A program made the translations under genes and the position numbers. DNA of 64,000 bases from the human T2T-CHM13v2.0 reference genome, Homo sapiens: contig CP068257.2 in assembly GCA_009914755.4 (NCBI GenBank), positions 31,040,001 to 31,104,000 of the forward strand. Direction: 5' to 3'. Under the pieces are notes generated by a model, which made no database searches, was not told the DNA's origin, and saw only the letters and a program-made list of their open reading frames with translations. Position 1 is the first letter of the stretch, and each line of letters starts with the position of its first letter. This document shows positions 17,094 through 36,244 of the stretch, one piece after another.

Positions 17094-17511
17094 GATACGG
17101 TTTGGATCTGTGTACCCCCTAAATCTCATTCTGAATTGTAACCCCCAAGGTTGAAGGTGGGGTCTGGTGGGAGGTGACTGAATCATGGGGGTGGAGTTCT
17201 CATGAATGGTTTGGCACTATGCCCCCTTGTATTGTTCTCATACTAGTGAGTGAGTTCTCATGAGATCTGGTTACTTAAAAGTGTGTAGCACCTCGCTCTT
17301 ATCTTTCTTTTGCTCCTGCTCCCACCATGTGAGACTCCTCGCTCCCCTTTTGCCTTTTGCCATGACTGGAAGCTTCCTGAAGCCTCCCCAGAAGCAGATG
17401 CTGCCATTCTTCCTGTACAACCTGCAGAACCATAAGCCAATTAAACTTCTTTCTTCATAAATTACTCAGACTTGGGTATTTCTTTACAGCAATGTGAGAA
17501 TGGACTAATAA
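17094..17511 (+). mobile_element. Solo LTR of MaLR family (THE1/MST-like)
   Basis: TGATACGGTTTGGATCTGTGTACCCCCTAAATCTCATTCTGAATTGTAACCCCC...GGGAGGTGACTGAATCATGGGGGTGGAGTTCTCATGA...AATTAAACTTCTTTCTTCATAAATTACTCAGACTTGGGTATTTCTTTACAGCAATGTGAGAATGGACTAATAAA matches THE1/MST LTR consensus architecture. Confidence 0.8.
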
Positions 17512-18300
17512 ACTGATATATACTGTAAATGTAGTATAATAATATATGATCTGAGTATTATAAGTTATAAATGCTAAACAACTTCAGGGAAAGGAAATCA
17601 TAAGTAAAAGGAAAATCACAAGTCAAAGGAAATCATAAGTAAGTTGCCAGCACTAAAAATGTCATTCTTACTTGTGTAACACCTTATGACAATTCTTATA
17701 ATGCCTCAAACAAATTCATCTTGGTATTTATCTTTTCCATAAAAGGCCTGAGTGCCCAAATGGCAACCTCTCTATGAAGCATCATTATATCTTTGAATCT
17801 CTCATAGCACCTAGCATAAAATAACATACACAGGAAGAACTCAAGTATTTAGTGAAGAGATCTGAGTGGCCACTGAAGGACAATAAATCTTAATTTTGGA
17901 AGTAGAGGATTCCTGCTAGAAAACTGCAAGGCCTGAAGTTGGACAGGCTGAGTAAACCAGATCATAAGGACATAGGTGCCTAGTAAATCTGACACGCATA
18001 ACATATATATCAAAAATAAGAAGACCTGTCGGAGCTAGTAGGAAGCAGGGCCTAGAGGGACAAGACAGAAAACTGTGAGAATCTTCCAGGCTAGAAGAAA
18101 TTATGAAAACCTTAACTCAGAGGATAGTAGTGGGAATAAAAAGAAAGTCCTACTGCCTAGAACAATGCTGAGACTAATGGTAACAGGGCTACTTTTCACT
18201 TGGTCAGGACTGGCTGCTTCATAGCCATTAGAGTAGGATCTTATAAAATAGAAGTTCTTGACTTTGAGTGGTAGAGAACTTGGTTAAAAATGAGGATTCC

Positions 18301-18623
<323 letters not shown>

Positions 18624-18776
18624 TTAGCCAACCAGACCGTATAGGAAGGAAAGCACACAGGAGAAGGAAGGCACAAGGAAGTCCCACTCAAGGAAGATCC
18701 CTCAGTGTAACTACTCAGGACGCAACCTTATTGGATCATCAAAACACTGTAATTCAGAACTTATTAAAATAACACA

Positions 18777-19159
<383 letters not shown>

Positions 19160-20225
19160 CTAAAACAAAAGCATTCACCTCGCATCACATCAGGGTTTCA
19201 GCAATGTTCTTAAAGCAAATACTCCAAACACCCACTGTTGATCATGAAAGCGTAGGAGAAGTGGGGTTCTGTTGGCATTCTCTCCTAAGGGAAATTTAGG
19301 GAAAGATATATCTATTTACGTTATCCCTACAAAGATAAAACAAGTCAAATCGTCTTGACAAGAATTCAAGAATTTTTGCAGAGCAGTAGAAGTGTTAATC
19401 CTTGTTAACTCTTAGACTGTCTTAAATAAAATGTTACTAAAAAGGTTCAAGTAGTCTGTAATTTTTCTCTGCAATAACCAGTCTAAGATGTAAGAGATCC
19501 AGCAGTCAAATAAAGGAAGAAAGATTTTTTTTTCTTTCCCTTTTCTCAATACTATAGGCTGAAGCACCAAACTTACTAGACTATACATACCCAGATCCTA
19601 AAGTAAATATGATATACTTCAAGGACTAATAAATTTTGAATAAAAATAAAATGTCAACAATAGTTAACCCTTACATGGTGCTGACTGGGGGCCAGGTGCT
19701 ATTCTAAGTGCTTTTAATTTAATCCTTACAACAACCCTATAAAGTAGGTACTATTAATATTATTCCCATTATACAGATAAGGAAACTGAGACACACAAGG
19801 GTTAAATTATTTGCCCAAGATCACACAGCTAGTAGTGGTAGAGTAAAGATCCCAATTAAGAAGTCTGGTTCCCAAGGCTTTGTTTTATCTACTACATTCT
19901 TCTGCCTAAAGAGACTAAATCATTATATACTAAGATAAGAAGGTAATAAATATGGAATCACATTGCAAATCAATACACTATAAAGACTTCAAAATTTTTA
20001 ACACTAAATACAGCAGCTCAATTTCAATGGCTATTTGAAAGAGCATTAAAAGAAAAAATATCTAAGATAATTCCAGAAACTCTGTACTCGTCTAGACCCT
20101 TATTTGCAAATCCAGCTAACATTATTAGATGGAATAATGGAACCATCAATGAATTAATTAATAAACTATCCAGAAAGTTTAGAAAATATGAAAATTGTTC
20201 AAAAAACAAAAATAACTGAATGTCA

Positions 20226-20318
<93 letters not shown>

Positions 20319-21039
20319 CTACAGAAAAAAAAATAATATGTAAACTATTTCCACAGAAAAGTTGTTACACTTACATTAGAAAAACAAATTTACTAAAATC
20401 TATTGCATACTAGTTACATTTTATGATCTAACTCTCATATACAATTGTCCAAAACAGGCCACTATACAGGTTTGACTTTTTTTTCTGTTAGCGATATTAA
20501 CCAAAAAAATTAGTAAAATTATAAGCATAAGATTCACAACTTTAAAAAATAAATTCCTTTTAAATCTTAATATTTTACATACATATCTTTATATTTCATT
20601 TTGTTTAGCTCTTTATAACCTAATTTGAAGATCTGTGTTGGGCTGGGTTCATGGCCTGAATTTATAATCATATAGTTTCATAGCCAAAAATATCATAATT
20701 TCTGATTTTTAGATGGTACACATATTTGCCATTAAGAGCTGGGTTTAATTTCACTTCACAAAAAAACAAGTTGTCTAACTCTACAGCTGAGGATTTTAAA
20801 ATTCATTAAAATTCAATACCAAAACACACAACACTGACTATGTCATGCTGATTAGTGACATCTTCTTACCTAGATGAAGAGCCACACCAAAATAAGTTTT
20901 TTTTAGGGAAGCCTTTTTTTAAGGCCCATAAGTAACCAAGAACAATCATAAAACATTATAGATGTTAAAATAAGCTCCGAATCAAATAAAAATCTGTTAT
21001 TCTAGTATTTTCTGTGCTTCTCCTATAATAAATTAATTA

Positions 21040-21312
<273 letters not shown>

Positions 21313-21556
21313 TTAGCTTATGGAATACTAAGTAACAAAGTATGACTTTTAAAATAATCTCCTGGAAAATTAATTTAATATTATTAAATTTAAAGGCACA
21401 AACAACAAATCAATTCATTTACATTTACTATGCTAGGGATCAGAAGATAGGGCTATAAAACGAGATCCTTCAACATGTGATCTATGATCCACAGAAAAGG
21501 AGTATTTTTGTGTTTTTAGTATCTGTGGCCCATTTCTGTTATGTCTTTATATATAA

Positions 21557-22157
<601 letters not shown>

Positions 22158-23522
22158 CATGAAGCTCTACTTTTAAGGCTTGACTTTTATAAGGCTCTAT
22201 TTTAATTAATTTAAATTTAAATAGCAAGATGTGGCTAGTGGCTACCACATTAGATAGTGCAGGCATAGGGTTTATCATCGCTCCAAATACTTTTAGCATT
22301 CTAGGTAACAGATGTGGCCTGGTTTCCAAACTTTTTTCAGAGAAACAAATTTTATTCAAACAAACATGCAGAAGCCCAATGATTATGATACAGATAAAAG
22401 CTGCTATGGCTAAAGTGGGGATTGGGACTGAACTTTGCTGGGTTGGCCTTCTCACCCTGATTACCCCTCAGGGATCTCTCCTGGAACCTTAGACCTCCAC
22501 AGAACATATAAAGAAGCTACTAACAATATACCACTAAGGAAAATACATTGTTAAGTGGAAAAACTCTATCAATTTGAAAATGAGTTTTCTATATTATTGA
22601 AGCTTGACTCTTTAGGTTTTAAGTGGAATTCTTCTACTTAAGTGCTCCGTACTCTCTCTCTCTTCCTGTCTTAAATAAGGTATAAAAGATGTAATAGCAT
22701 TATCTTGAAGACTCACAGCAATAGCCCCAACTCCCTGCCAGCCCCTCAGATTACAGGCTGCAACAGAGATAAAAAGGGTGGTCAGCAGTTCTGGAAAACC
22801 AGCTATGACCCCAACCCCTCTTATCCATCCAGGAAATCACACAGGAATATAAATGAGTGATGATATTACAACAGGGATAATGTTAAATCTGATGACCATT
22901 ACTTATTTTAAAAATACACTGACTTAAACTTCCATACTTTACTATTACCCACATTGATCTGAGGCAAAGTTCAAACTGGTTGTGACCCAGTATGTCCAAC
23001 CACCACAGCTGAGACCTACGCCACAGCAAAGTTATAAGAAACTTACTTGTCCTCATTTAAATAGACCTTAAATCCTATGCATTTTGTGCAGGCAGAGTTT
23101 CTCTCTCTGCTGTCAGTTTTCATTTTTCTTTGCTGTCAGTGTGTCACTGTTTTAGCATTTAAATTTATACATGACTTTTGACTGGCAGCAGCTTAGAATT
23201 TCCAATGGAGTAAAGCTATCTGGGCTTTGTCACAGGTATCTGCCACTCTTTGGCTACAAAAATTACATGGTTGTATCCTGGAAAATATTGCTACTAAGTG
23301 CAAGGGTATGCACAATGAATTCCAAAAGTTCCCGTTTTTCTATATAAACTGAAGCTCAAGAATGCCAATCCTTAGCAAAATTGTAAAATGAGCAAAATTC
23401 ACCTTTGGTGCTCTAGCTGTCCCTTTGTTCAACCTGTCTCCTGCTGGACAAATCTCAGGCTTTCTTTTATCTGACTTTGCCCCCATCTCTACTCTTAAGT
23501 GAATTAAAAAAAAAAAAAAAGG

Positions 23523-23828
<306 letters not shown>

Positions 23829-25843
23829 TTAATCATGCCTATTGATTAAACCTAGGCAATATATCTGCATCTGCTTGGACTTCTAATTGTTGTATGAAAG
23901 CTTTTATCTCTCAATCTAAGAAACTTTGGGTAAAAATGAGGAGGGAAAAAAATGTAAGGACAGCTGCAACACATTTACCTTTTCAAGGGACTTCAACATC
24001 TTCTACTAGAAAAAATGTAGTGTTGGCATGGTTTTAACTCTTGGAAGCCTATTTCTCAATGCTTCACAAAAGTACATCCCATCACTGCTAGCTTCTTTGG
24101 GCAGGCAGGAACTCATGTCCATTCATCTGCCCTGTTAGTCCCTGCATCCCCTCTCTCCTTTCCTCTCCCTCATGGTCTCCTCCTCTGCTAAACCCAAGTC
24201 TCTAACACATAATGCTATAAACCCTGTTTTTATTCTGTCCACTCTTCTCCCTGATGCCACCACTCTGGGTCAAAACACTTCCATGTGAGCTACAACGTGA
24301 CCAAGCTGTTGCTCTAAAGTTAAGTTTCTTATCCTAAGTTTGTTGTTGACTTTGAGTCTTCTGACAGCTAGGGCAAATGGGTGACACCCGAATGTGCTAC
24401 TCAAGGACTATATAAGTGACAGTGAAAGTGTGAGAGAGAAAAAGTACACAAGAGGAAACCATCTTGAATCTGAACTGTTAAGGGAGGCCAAGAGCAAAGA
24501 GTCCTGAACTTTGGCCTTATAACATATGTCAATATAATAATACATAATTTGCACATGATATCAAGAGAAAAAGTCAACATCAATGCTGGCTGTAAACAAC
24601 AGAACCACTATACTAGAAATCTGGTCTGCTGCAATAGAACAATGCTAATTATAGTCCCATGTGTTCTGCTCACCATTTGTGCCTACTTAGAATACAGCAC
24701 AGTTATGCATAATCATGAAATACATCACACTTACCTACATAAGTCCTAACTTATTATAGTACTAGATTTTGTCCCAGTATACTACTTCTTCACAATCTGT
24801 TGCTCTTGAATCAAGACCACCTACTTATAACCTTAAAATTTAGAATAATAAGGGAATGTTGGCTTAGAAAGGGAATGCCGCCAGAGACAAGATCTCAAAA
24901 CCAAGAATAGGAAACGTGAGTAACACAGTTTTGTTACAATTAAATTCATTTCTAAATATACACAACTATTTTAAATGTATTTTGGAAATGAAAGTTCAGT
25001 GTAGACTGGGGGGAGCACAGGGGTTTTATGTCACATGCCAACTTCAATAAACCGACATTGGCTGCCTGCCATGCTCTGCTGAGGACTCCAGAGAAGGAAA
25101 GATGGATACACTCAATTAGCAATGTCTATCCCTTGTTATCTCTAGACATAACAACTGCTGAACTTTTTTTCTTTGTAAAGCAAGCAAAAGTTTTATTGAG
25201 GAAGTACAAGTACACTCCAAGAAAGGAGTGGGCTGACCCTGCTGGAAACACCCCCAAGACATTCTGCATTGTGATCTTCTATTGTCTCAGTTCTTTCTTT
25301 ACCCAGTTCTCACCAAGGTTTGGGGGATCCTCCCTTACTGTGCTTAATGCACATGCACGGGAACCAGTGATCAATATGAATCCTATCTAATGGTGGCACT
25401 GCTTATTACCACCACCCCAGGAAGGTATAGCCATCAATTTTGTACTCATTATGCCTGCTCAGCTCTCAGGAATTCCCCTTTGCCTTTTTCCTTCCTTATC
25501 AGGATCTACTTAACAACATTCTGACAGTTCGACCACGGAGTGAGTACTGAGCATCCTAAGAGGAGTTCCGGGGCATTCTTTCCAACACGGATACCACCCC
25601 CTCGTGCCTGCTCATATCTGACTGTCTACTCTTACATTGCTCCCTCAAGGCGTTGGGACCCAGAAATCTTTTGGGAGATGAGGTAGAGGTCATTCTCTGT
25701 AGCTACTTGCTGCTGAAAAGGGGCATCGAGGGTCTTCAGGGTTCTTCCTCCTTTCTTGCTGTCACGGTGAGGAGGTTTTTGATGACTGAACAACTGCTGA
25801 ACATATTATGTCCCAAATCACCAAAAGGGAAAAAATGAACTCA

Positions 25844-26161
<318 letters not shown>

Positions 26162-26380
26162 CTATTCCATTTCTTCTTGCACCTCTATTTTTTAAATCTG
26201 ACATTGTGATTATTTTAAACTTATCATGGATGTGTTGAAATTCACTAGACATTTTAGTTGAAAAAAATCCTTGTTTAAATATATTAAGTATAATAAAGCA
26301 TTTAAACATTAACAGGATAATCTCACACGAAATTGTTCCTGAACTTATTCTGAGGCTAAAAAAACTTTATCGAATAATTG

Positions 26381-26694
<314 letters not shown>

Positions 26695-27950
26695 AAAAAC
26701 TTTATCAAATAAAAAAGTATGTGTTACCTTCTCTACTTTTGCTTAATGATTGTCAGAAAATTCAGGTAAGATAATGAATTCACACTCATTTTAACAAGTT
26801 CTTTGTAAATAGTAAAGTTGAAAAAATGGTATACTATTATCAGCTGATGATGTTGATGACAAATGGACAAAAGTCTCTGGTAACAACTTATAAAGCAATT
26901 TGGTTTACAAAAACTTTCACAGAGATTTTTTTCATGTAATTATGACAAAAAGCCTATGAAATTAGTATAAAGTTGAAATTGAGCAATGGTATACTGTGAG
27001 CATGGGCTCTGACACAGGTAGAAGCGGCCCTGAATCTTGGCTCCATTACTTATTACCTGGACCAATTTCAGTATGTAGCATAACGAACCTGAGATATCAT
27101 CTCTTATAAAAAGAGATTAAAGCAAATACCTCATTATACTGTGAGGCTTACCCAGGAGTAATCAGTAAAGCACCTAAGCGCAGTGCTTTATATGTGATAG
27201 ATTCATAACAAATGACAAATCTCCATTTTATAGACCAGTGCTACTCAAAGTATGGTCCATGAACTGTTACCAGCTCACAATGAGAAAGGACACTTACACC
27301 AGAATGGAAATCAACTATATTACTAAGTTCACCCTTTAGTTGAGCTGACTTTTTTTTCTAGTAAGACTTTATCAATGAAGGAAGCCACATGTTGATTTGT
27401 ATCATAGTGCAAGCTCCTTATCTTATCACGGATCAATAACAAAATGATTTATGGACCAGTACCAATGTTGAAGAACACTTTGAGCTGCAAAATTACAGAT
27501 AAACTAGTAACTGCAAAGGTTACTCTGCAGCTCACGGTGACATTACGTGGCGAAAAAAAAAAAAAGGCTCAAGCAGACACTTTCTGAATTCAAAACAGAT
27601 GTCTTTTCCAATACAAACCAAGAAAAATCAGTGTAGTTCTCATGCAGACACTTTTTCCTAAATGCACTGAATCAACAAAAAGGAGAATGTTCTGATTTTC
27701 TCTTTTGACAACTGATACTTATCTCTTCAAGTGGTCAAACCAGAGACTGTCTCCGAACTTCCACTCACATGAGTTTGAGCATGTAGCACGCCTTTTTGGG
27801 CAACAAACATTATCACAATATTAGCTACATTAATGTTTAAAAGATGTTAGCACATGTGTAGCTTAAATATGGAGTCTACAATAATTCATAGCTAGTCCCT
27901 CTCAAATCCTTAGAATTACAAAATAGAAATGAAAAAATGGATGAATTCTA

Positions 27951-28103
<153 letters not shown>

Positions 28104-29729
28104 CTATTTAGCTAAGTATAAATCCAGAGTTTCAATCAAAAGTTTCTAAATCTGATATTCTTAAAATAAATGTACTGCATATTTTCTTAAACTAGTAACA
28201 TTAGTATTCTTCCCAAAGAGTTAATAAATTATTCCAAGACCATCTATTAATTAATCCATCCTGTCCACTGATCTGAACTCTGTCTTCTTACCCTTTTATT
28301 CTTGACAGAATAGTGCTCGACACTTAGAAACTGACAAAACATTTAAATGATAAAAGCTAATGGCAACACTTGACTACACAAATGTAGGGCAAGAATAGGG
28401 AAATCTGATTCTGAAAGGACAAAAGTCTGGTCTTTGCCTTGATTTATTTCTTCTGCTATAAAGTTAACGTTACCTTGTTAATGAATATAAACCACAGAAT
28501 AATTTTCCTAAGACAGGCTATTATGATTATTCTATTGAGAAGAAAAAACAACAAAAAAAAATCAAATCCTGAAACGTTAAAGAAAAAACCTTCCTAGCAC
28601 TTAGCAATTACACATTAAAAATTTCACAAAGAACCAAAGAAATATTAACAACCAGTATTTCAAAGGACAAATACAAATAATACATCCCACAGTCTACAGT
28701 TGATCCTTGAGAAAGATACCTTCCTTTCCTTCCAGGTTTCTTTCCTTCTTTGCTTTTTTCCCTTTTCCATTATCTACACCACACTCAACTCACCTCCTGG
28801 CTGACTGGTTCATACCTTATTTACTTCTTATCTCTTACACTTATCCCCTTTCCTTTATCTACAAAATAGGATGTTTGGCAACACTGACGTGTTCCACGTT
28901 AGAAAATCACGTAAGTAGATACTTATGACTGTCTCATTTCCTGTCCATCTTTATTGCCAACAAAAGGGCTCTTCTCAGCCTACTGCTTTGCCTAATACTC
29001 CTTTGTACTTTGCATTAGAGATCTTCTACTTTGCCTGAAGCTCTTCTCCAGAGTCCTATAGAACATCTCACTTTCCCTGCCTGCTTCACCTCTTTTCAGA
29101 CCACGTAGGCTTAAGCCTTCTTCCTAGTGATCTGGCTTCTGCCTTCTGATGAGTTTTGCTCTGCTAGTTGCAGCACAGGCTAAGACTAACTGACTCAGTC
29201 ACTCAATTAGCTGATATTTTCACGATTCTCTAACATGTTCATTATTAAGTGTGGGCCATTATCAAACCACCCAGTATGAAATTAGGGAGTGGAGATTCGC
29301 CAACCCGTTAAAGTGATGGGGATTTATATTTCATTCTGTATTCCTTGAGTTCCTATTATTATTACATCTTATGTTTATCCAACAGTTGATCCTAACATTC
29401 CATGACAAGCAACCCAAATGTAAAACATTACAATATAAACTTTAATTACATTTTATAAAGCAAAATAGAATTGCCTTCTAAATACTGCCTCGTTAAGAGT
29501 ACCATATGTACTGTAAACATTAGAGAGACTTGTTATACCTCTCAGGACAGAAGGCATGACTTCCAGGATAAATATTATTCTAGAGGTTTACAAGTTATAT
29601 GCCATATACATTTAAAATACAATCACTAATATAGTAATATAGAAAGTACTAGATATATCCATTTCAGCAGCAATCATCATTTGGGTTCAAATGCCAGGAG
29701 GCAGTAGGAGTTAAGAAGAAAATATAGTT

Positions 29730-30013
29730 TTATTTTTATTTTTATTTTTTTTTTTTGAGACAGAGGCTGGAGTTCAGTGGCACAATCACAGCTCAATGCA
29801 GCCTTGACCTCCAGGGCTCAAGTAATCCTCCCACCTCAGCCTCCCAAGGAGCTGGGACTACAGGCATGTGCCACTATGTCCAGCTAATTTTTTTTATTTT
29901 TTATTTTTGTAGAGATACAGTTTCTCTACGTTGCCCAGGCTGGTTGGAAACTCTCGGGCTCAAGCAATCCTCCTGTCTGAGCCTCTCGAAGTGCTAGGAT
30001 TACAGGCATGGGC
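29730..30013 (-). mobile_element. Alu SINE (AluJ-like)
   Basis: T-rich head + GAGACAGAGGCTGGAGTTCAGTGGCACAATCACAGCTCAATGCAGCCTTGACCTCCAGGGCTCAAGTAATCCTCCCACCTCAGCCTCCCAAGGAGCTGGGACTACAGGCATGTGCCACTATGTCCAGC... Confidence 0.85.
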
Positions 30014-30875
30014 AAAAAACATATTCTTAACATTAAGTCACCACCTTCCTTTAGAAAACAGAGAAGTCATTCTATAACTTAAATTACCATGTAACAAAAT
30101 GTTCTCTCTTCTAATAATGCATAATAACTATCTTCTCATTAATTACACTCCAAATACATAAACGTATGTCTCTCAGGACTGATGAAGGCCCATCTATTAG
30201 ACTATCATCTAATTCAAACATGCAAACAAATGCCTTGCAGTTTAGTTATTTACATGTTTGTATTCTATTCGGACACTCAGGAAACAGGATACACACACAC
30301 CCACACACACACCTTAAAGTGCATACTCTTAGAGCCAAAGGTACTTTTAACTCCAGACACTCCAAATTTCTTAAGAGAAAACAGTATCTTCTTCATAAAT
30401 ACATTTGTATCTGAAGGACAGTAGATGTTTCCCTACTTTACGATATATGCTTCAAAGGTTTTGAGTAGACTGGAGGGAGGCCCAGTAATGGCCACTAGGA
30501 GAAGGATGGCCTGTGCAAGCAGCTGAAGCTAGAGGCAGGGGAAAAGGGCGTCCACTTGTGGGAGGGGCCGCCTGGCATGAGTTCCTGAAGTCTGACTAGG
30601 GTGAGGAGAGGACTGTCCACCCATGGGTGTTAGGGGCACCCCGGCATGGTAAGTTAGAGCTTGAGAGGGATGGGAAAGGCAGGGTTTTGAAGTGCCAGTG
30701 GGGTAAGGAGGGCACCTATGCAGTGGAGGAGGCTACACTGGCAATAGGAGAGTGGTTATCTATGGGGTATGATCAAGGATAATGAGAGCCAGGTTTCTCA
30801 CTGTCAGAGAAGGTACTCACAAATGCAAACAGAGAAACTAGAATGGACAGTGTTGATTAGAATTGGAGTTACCAG

Positions 30876-31178
<303 letters not shown>

Positions 31179-31685
31179 TTACCAGTGTTTTCTAGATAGA
31201 CTAAAGACAGACAAAAAGATAGAAACATAGATATAAGTATATATGTCATATACATATATAGTTACATATACTCCTTAGCACTAGCCACTGAGCAGACCCA
31301 GGATCTACAATACTCTGACAGCAATGCGCATACCTAGCATACTTTGGCTTCTACATACCATTCTCCACTAAAAGGAACTACTAGCATTCCTTGGAGAAAT
31401 GGTTGATTCCAGGGCAAAGGCAGGGACAAAATGAGCCTAAAACATAGTATTGTGCCAAAAAGTAAGCAAGTGTTCAAAGGATAATTGAGATATGTCACAA
31501 ACATGCAGAAGGCAGCTTGAAGGGGCTTCTACTGGTGAAATCCAGGACAATTTGAGCATCAAAATAAATAATAAGAGTAATGGGTTATAAGCCTATGAAT
31601 TGAAAGTCTCATGAGGAATGGGCAAAACAATTATAAAGGGAAAAAAAGTCTTCCCGACATGCCTAGCAAACCATCACCTTTATCA

Positions 31686-32010
<325 letters not shown>

Positions 32011-33284
32011 AAAGTGAACACCAACAGTAAGAGGACAAGTCAAAACTGCGAGCCACTTGTCAAGACACTATGAAAAAAGCACCATTGCTGCAATACTCCT
32101 GCCAGAGGTGAATAACCTGAATCTACGCATGAGCCATCAGACAGACCCAAAGTGAGGGAGAATCTACAAAGTAACTGGTTTTCACTTTCAACATTTTTAA
32201 GGCCACAAATGTCACAGATCGAGAAATTTTTCCATTTAAGGAGACTAAAGAGACATGACAACAAAATAAAATGTACACATCTGAACTGGATCCTTTTGCT
32301 ATAAAAGACATTGTTGGGGCAATTGGTAAAAATTGAAGAGAGGATAAGGATTAGATAGCCATAATACATCACTGTTAATTTTATGATAGTTTTACAAGAG
32401 AATGTCTTTCTAGGAAATACATAGCAAAGTATTTGGGGGTGATGGGTCATCATGTCAGCAACCTATTCTTAAAAAGTCCAGAGAATCCACTCAGTTCTGG
32501 GGCAAAAAAAAAAAAAAAGAAGTCCAGAGGAAAAAAAGTTATTTGTACTATACTTCAACCTTTCTTTATGTTTTAAATTGCTGCAAAATTAAAATTTTTT
32601 CAATGTAACCAGCAAAAATAATTTTTAAAAATACATATACTTATTCCCAGATAAAGAAGCTTTTATCTCTGACGTTAATAAGGTAAACTCTTCTAAATAC
32701 CTTGTTATTCCCTCCCTGTACATTTTTTTAATGGGGAAAAAAGATTTCCTTATTTTATGAGACTCCATAAACTTCACAAAAATACATGATGGAAGGGGGA
32801 TGAACCTAATTAAATTTCTGCCCCACTTCTCTGATAATTTAATTCCAGAAAATTATTTTAGAATCTTCTACTATAAAGAGATTATTTAAAATAAGAAAGG
32901 CTATATACAACATTACATAAAATAATATGTATAATCTTTAGATAAAATACAGCACTTGGAAATATTTTACAATCATCACCATCATTCTTTTTCCCTTAAT
33001 AATCTCCCTTGCATCCCATGCTTCAGCCAAAATGAATAATTTTGTTGCCCACATGTTCCACATTCTCTTCCCTTTCTCCCTTTTTTCATACTGTTGTTTC
33101 ATCTGGACCAACCTTTAATCATCTTTGTGTTTCCAAATATTACCTATCCTTCAGTTCCAAATTAAAACACCACTTCCCTTCCCAAAGATTTTCCCTGATC
33201 ACTCTAGCTGGAGGTAAATCTTTCTCCTATTTTATACTATAGTTACATGTAAACTAGTAACAACAGAAACTAAGTCTTATTTCT

Positions 33285-33640
<356 letters not shown>

Positions 33641-33776
33641 TCATTTCCTTATATCTCAACACAATACCTAACCTAACACAGAGACTCTGAATGGAACACT
33701 GCAATTGCTGATTAAATGTTCATCTAATAGACAAAAACAAATGGAAAGGTTGTGCATTAAAGAACATGTTTTGCTA

Positions 33777-34046
<270 letters not shown>

Positions 34047-34854
34047 TTATCATTGAAAGTATTTGAATGCCCTCATTACTGAGATTCACATTCAACAACT
34101 CCTCAGTTACGTCTGGAAACTTTCAAATGTGTATGTCTGTGGCAGGGAGTAGTAAGGTGGGGGTGGGAAATATAGGCATTGTTAAATGGTTGCTAACTAG
34201 GGTTTAAAATACTGAAGTTTATGAAGTGGCAGGGTGTGTGGGGAGCTCAGAGGAAACAAACTGAAAGAATGAGCGGAAATGAAAGTTCGGAAGATACCGT
34301 GTTAGGGAGGAAGTTCAGGTCACTTTCCTGCTAGTGCAGTCTTTCAAGGCATCCACTGCACTTTCAACGAATGGAATAAACTCCCTTTTGTGAAGAGGTA
34401 TTTTTTTTCCCCTCCTATTCATGGTGGTTATTAAACAAACGAGATGCTAGGCAAAACAAACCTTTCTTTGTAAGTTACTGATTTCTAACCATAAGTAGGT
34501 AGGAATGTCCCAGAAGAGAATTGCTTTCGGAGTGATTCTGAGCCCATCAAGATCGACAGCAGTTCAGGTGAGGTAAGGCGGCCTGCACCGCATTAGTTCA
34601 CATGCTGAACACATAAGCTAAAGCAAATTCCAACTTCTAAAGTTTCTGCTATAACACCTCAGGAATAAATAGTACCTAACTCCCTCTATAGCTTATTTTA
34701 AAGGAAAAGACTATTTTTCCCATGTCATACTCAACACCATCTTTCATTCATACCTTTTCTTAGGTACCTTTTTTTTTTTTCATTTGATACCAGCTCTTTA
34801 TTAGAAAAGAAAAACTTCTTTGTGGGCCCAAAAAGAATCATTTTGCTGGGTGTG

Positions 34855-34978
34855 GTGGCTCACGCCTGTAATCCTAACACTTTAAGAGGCCAAGCAAGTG
34901 GATTGCTTGAACCCAAGAGTTCAACACCATCCTAGGCAAGATAGCAAGACCCCACCTCTAAAAAATAAAAAATAAAGG
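34855..34978 (+). mobile_element. Free left Alu monomer (FLAM-like)
   Basis: GCTGGGTGTGGTGGCTCACGCCTGTAATCCTAACACTTTAAGAGGCCAAGCAAGTGGATTGCTTGAACCCAAGAGTTCAACACCATCCTAGGCAAGATAGCAAGACCCCACCTCTAAAAAATAAAAAATAAAGG. Confidence 0.8.
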
Positions 34979-35210
34979 TGGAACAATATGTAACAGGTGA
35001 GGGATAACCAAAACTTGCCATATAAAGACAATAAGAAGATTTTAACAATTAACAAGATTCATTTTTCAATGGCTTGTTAATCACAGAACAATTAAAAAGC
35101 TAAATAAAAACCAATCTTACTTATGTATTAGAAATATATTTCAATTCACCCATGGATCCAACACGCTTTTAGACAGTAAAATTTTTACTGACTTAAGAAA
35201 AAACACTGCC

Positions 35211-35508
35211 GGTTGGGCACAGTGGCTCACACCTATAATCCCAGCACTTTGGGAGGCCCAAGGTGGGTGGCTCACTGAGGTCAGGAGTTTGAAACCAGCA
35301 TGGTGAAACCCTGTCTCTACTAAAAATACAAAAATTAGCAGGGCGTGGTGGCGCACAACTGTAGTCCCAGCTAGTCAGGAGGCTACGGCAGGAGAATCAC
35401 TTGAAGCCGGCAGGCGGAGGTAGTAGTGAGCCAAGATCACACCACCGCCTTTCCACCCTGGGCGACACAGCAAGACTCTGTCTCAAAAAAAAAAAAAAAA
35501 AAAAAAAG
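35211..35508 (+). mobile_element. Alu SINE (AluS-like); left member of inverted Alu pair
   Basis: GGTTGGGCACAGTGGCTCACACCTATAATCCCAGCACTTTGGGAGGCCCAAGGTGGGTGGCTCACTGAGGTCAGGAGTTTGAAACCAGCATGGTGAAACCCTGTCTC... A24 tail. Confidence 0.9.
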
Positions 35509-35528
35509 AAAGAGATTTTATGGAGTGT

Positions 35529-36244
<716 letters not shown>

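Noticed and set aside
17576-17640. Three tandem copies of a ~19-bp unit (AAAGGAAATCATAAGTAA-like) next to the THE1 LTR
   Set aside because: Short, imperfect, low-complexity. Unremarkable simple repeat.
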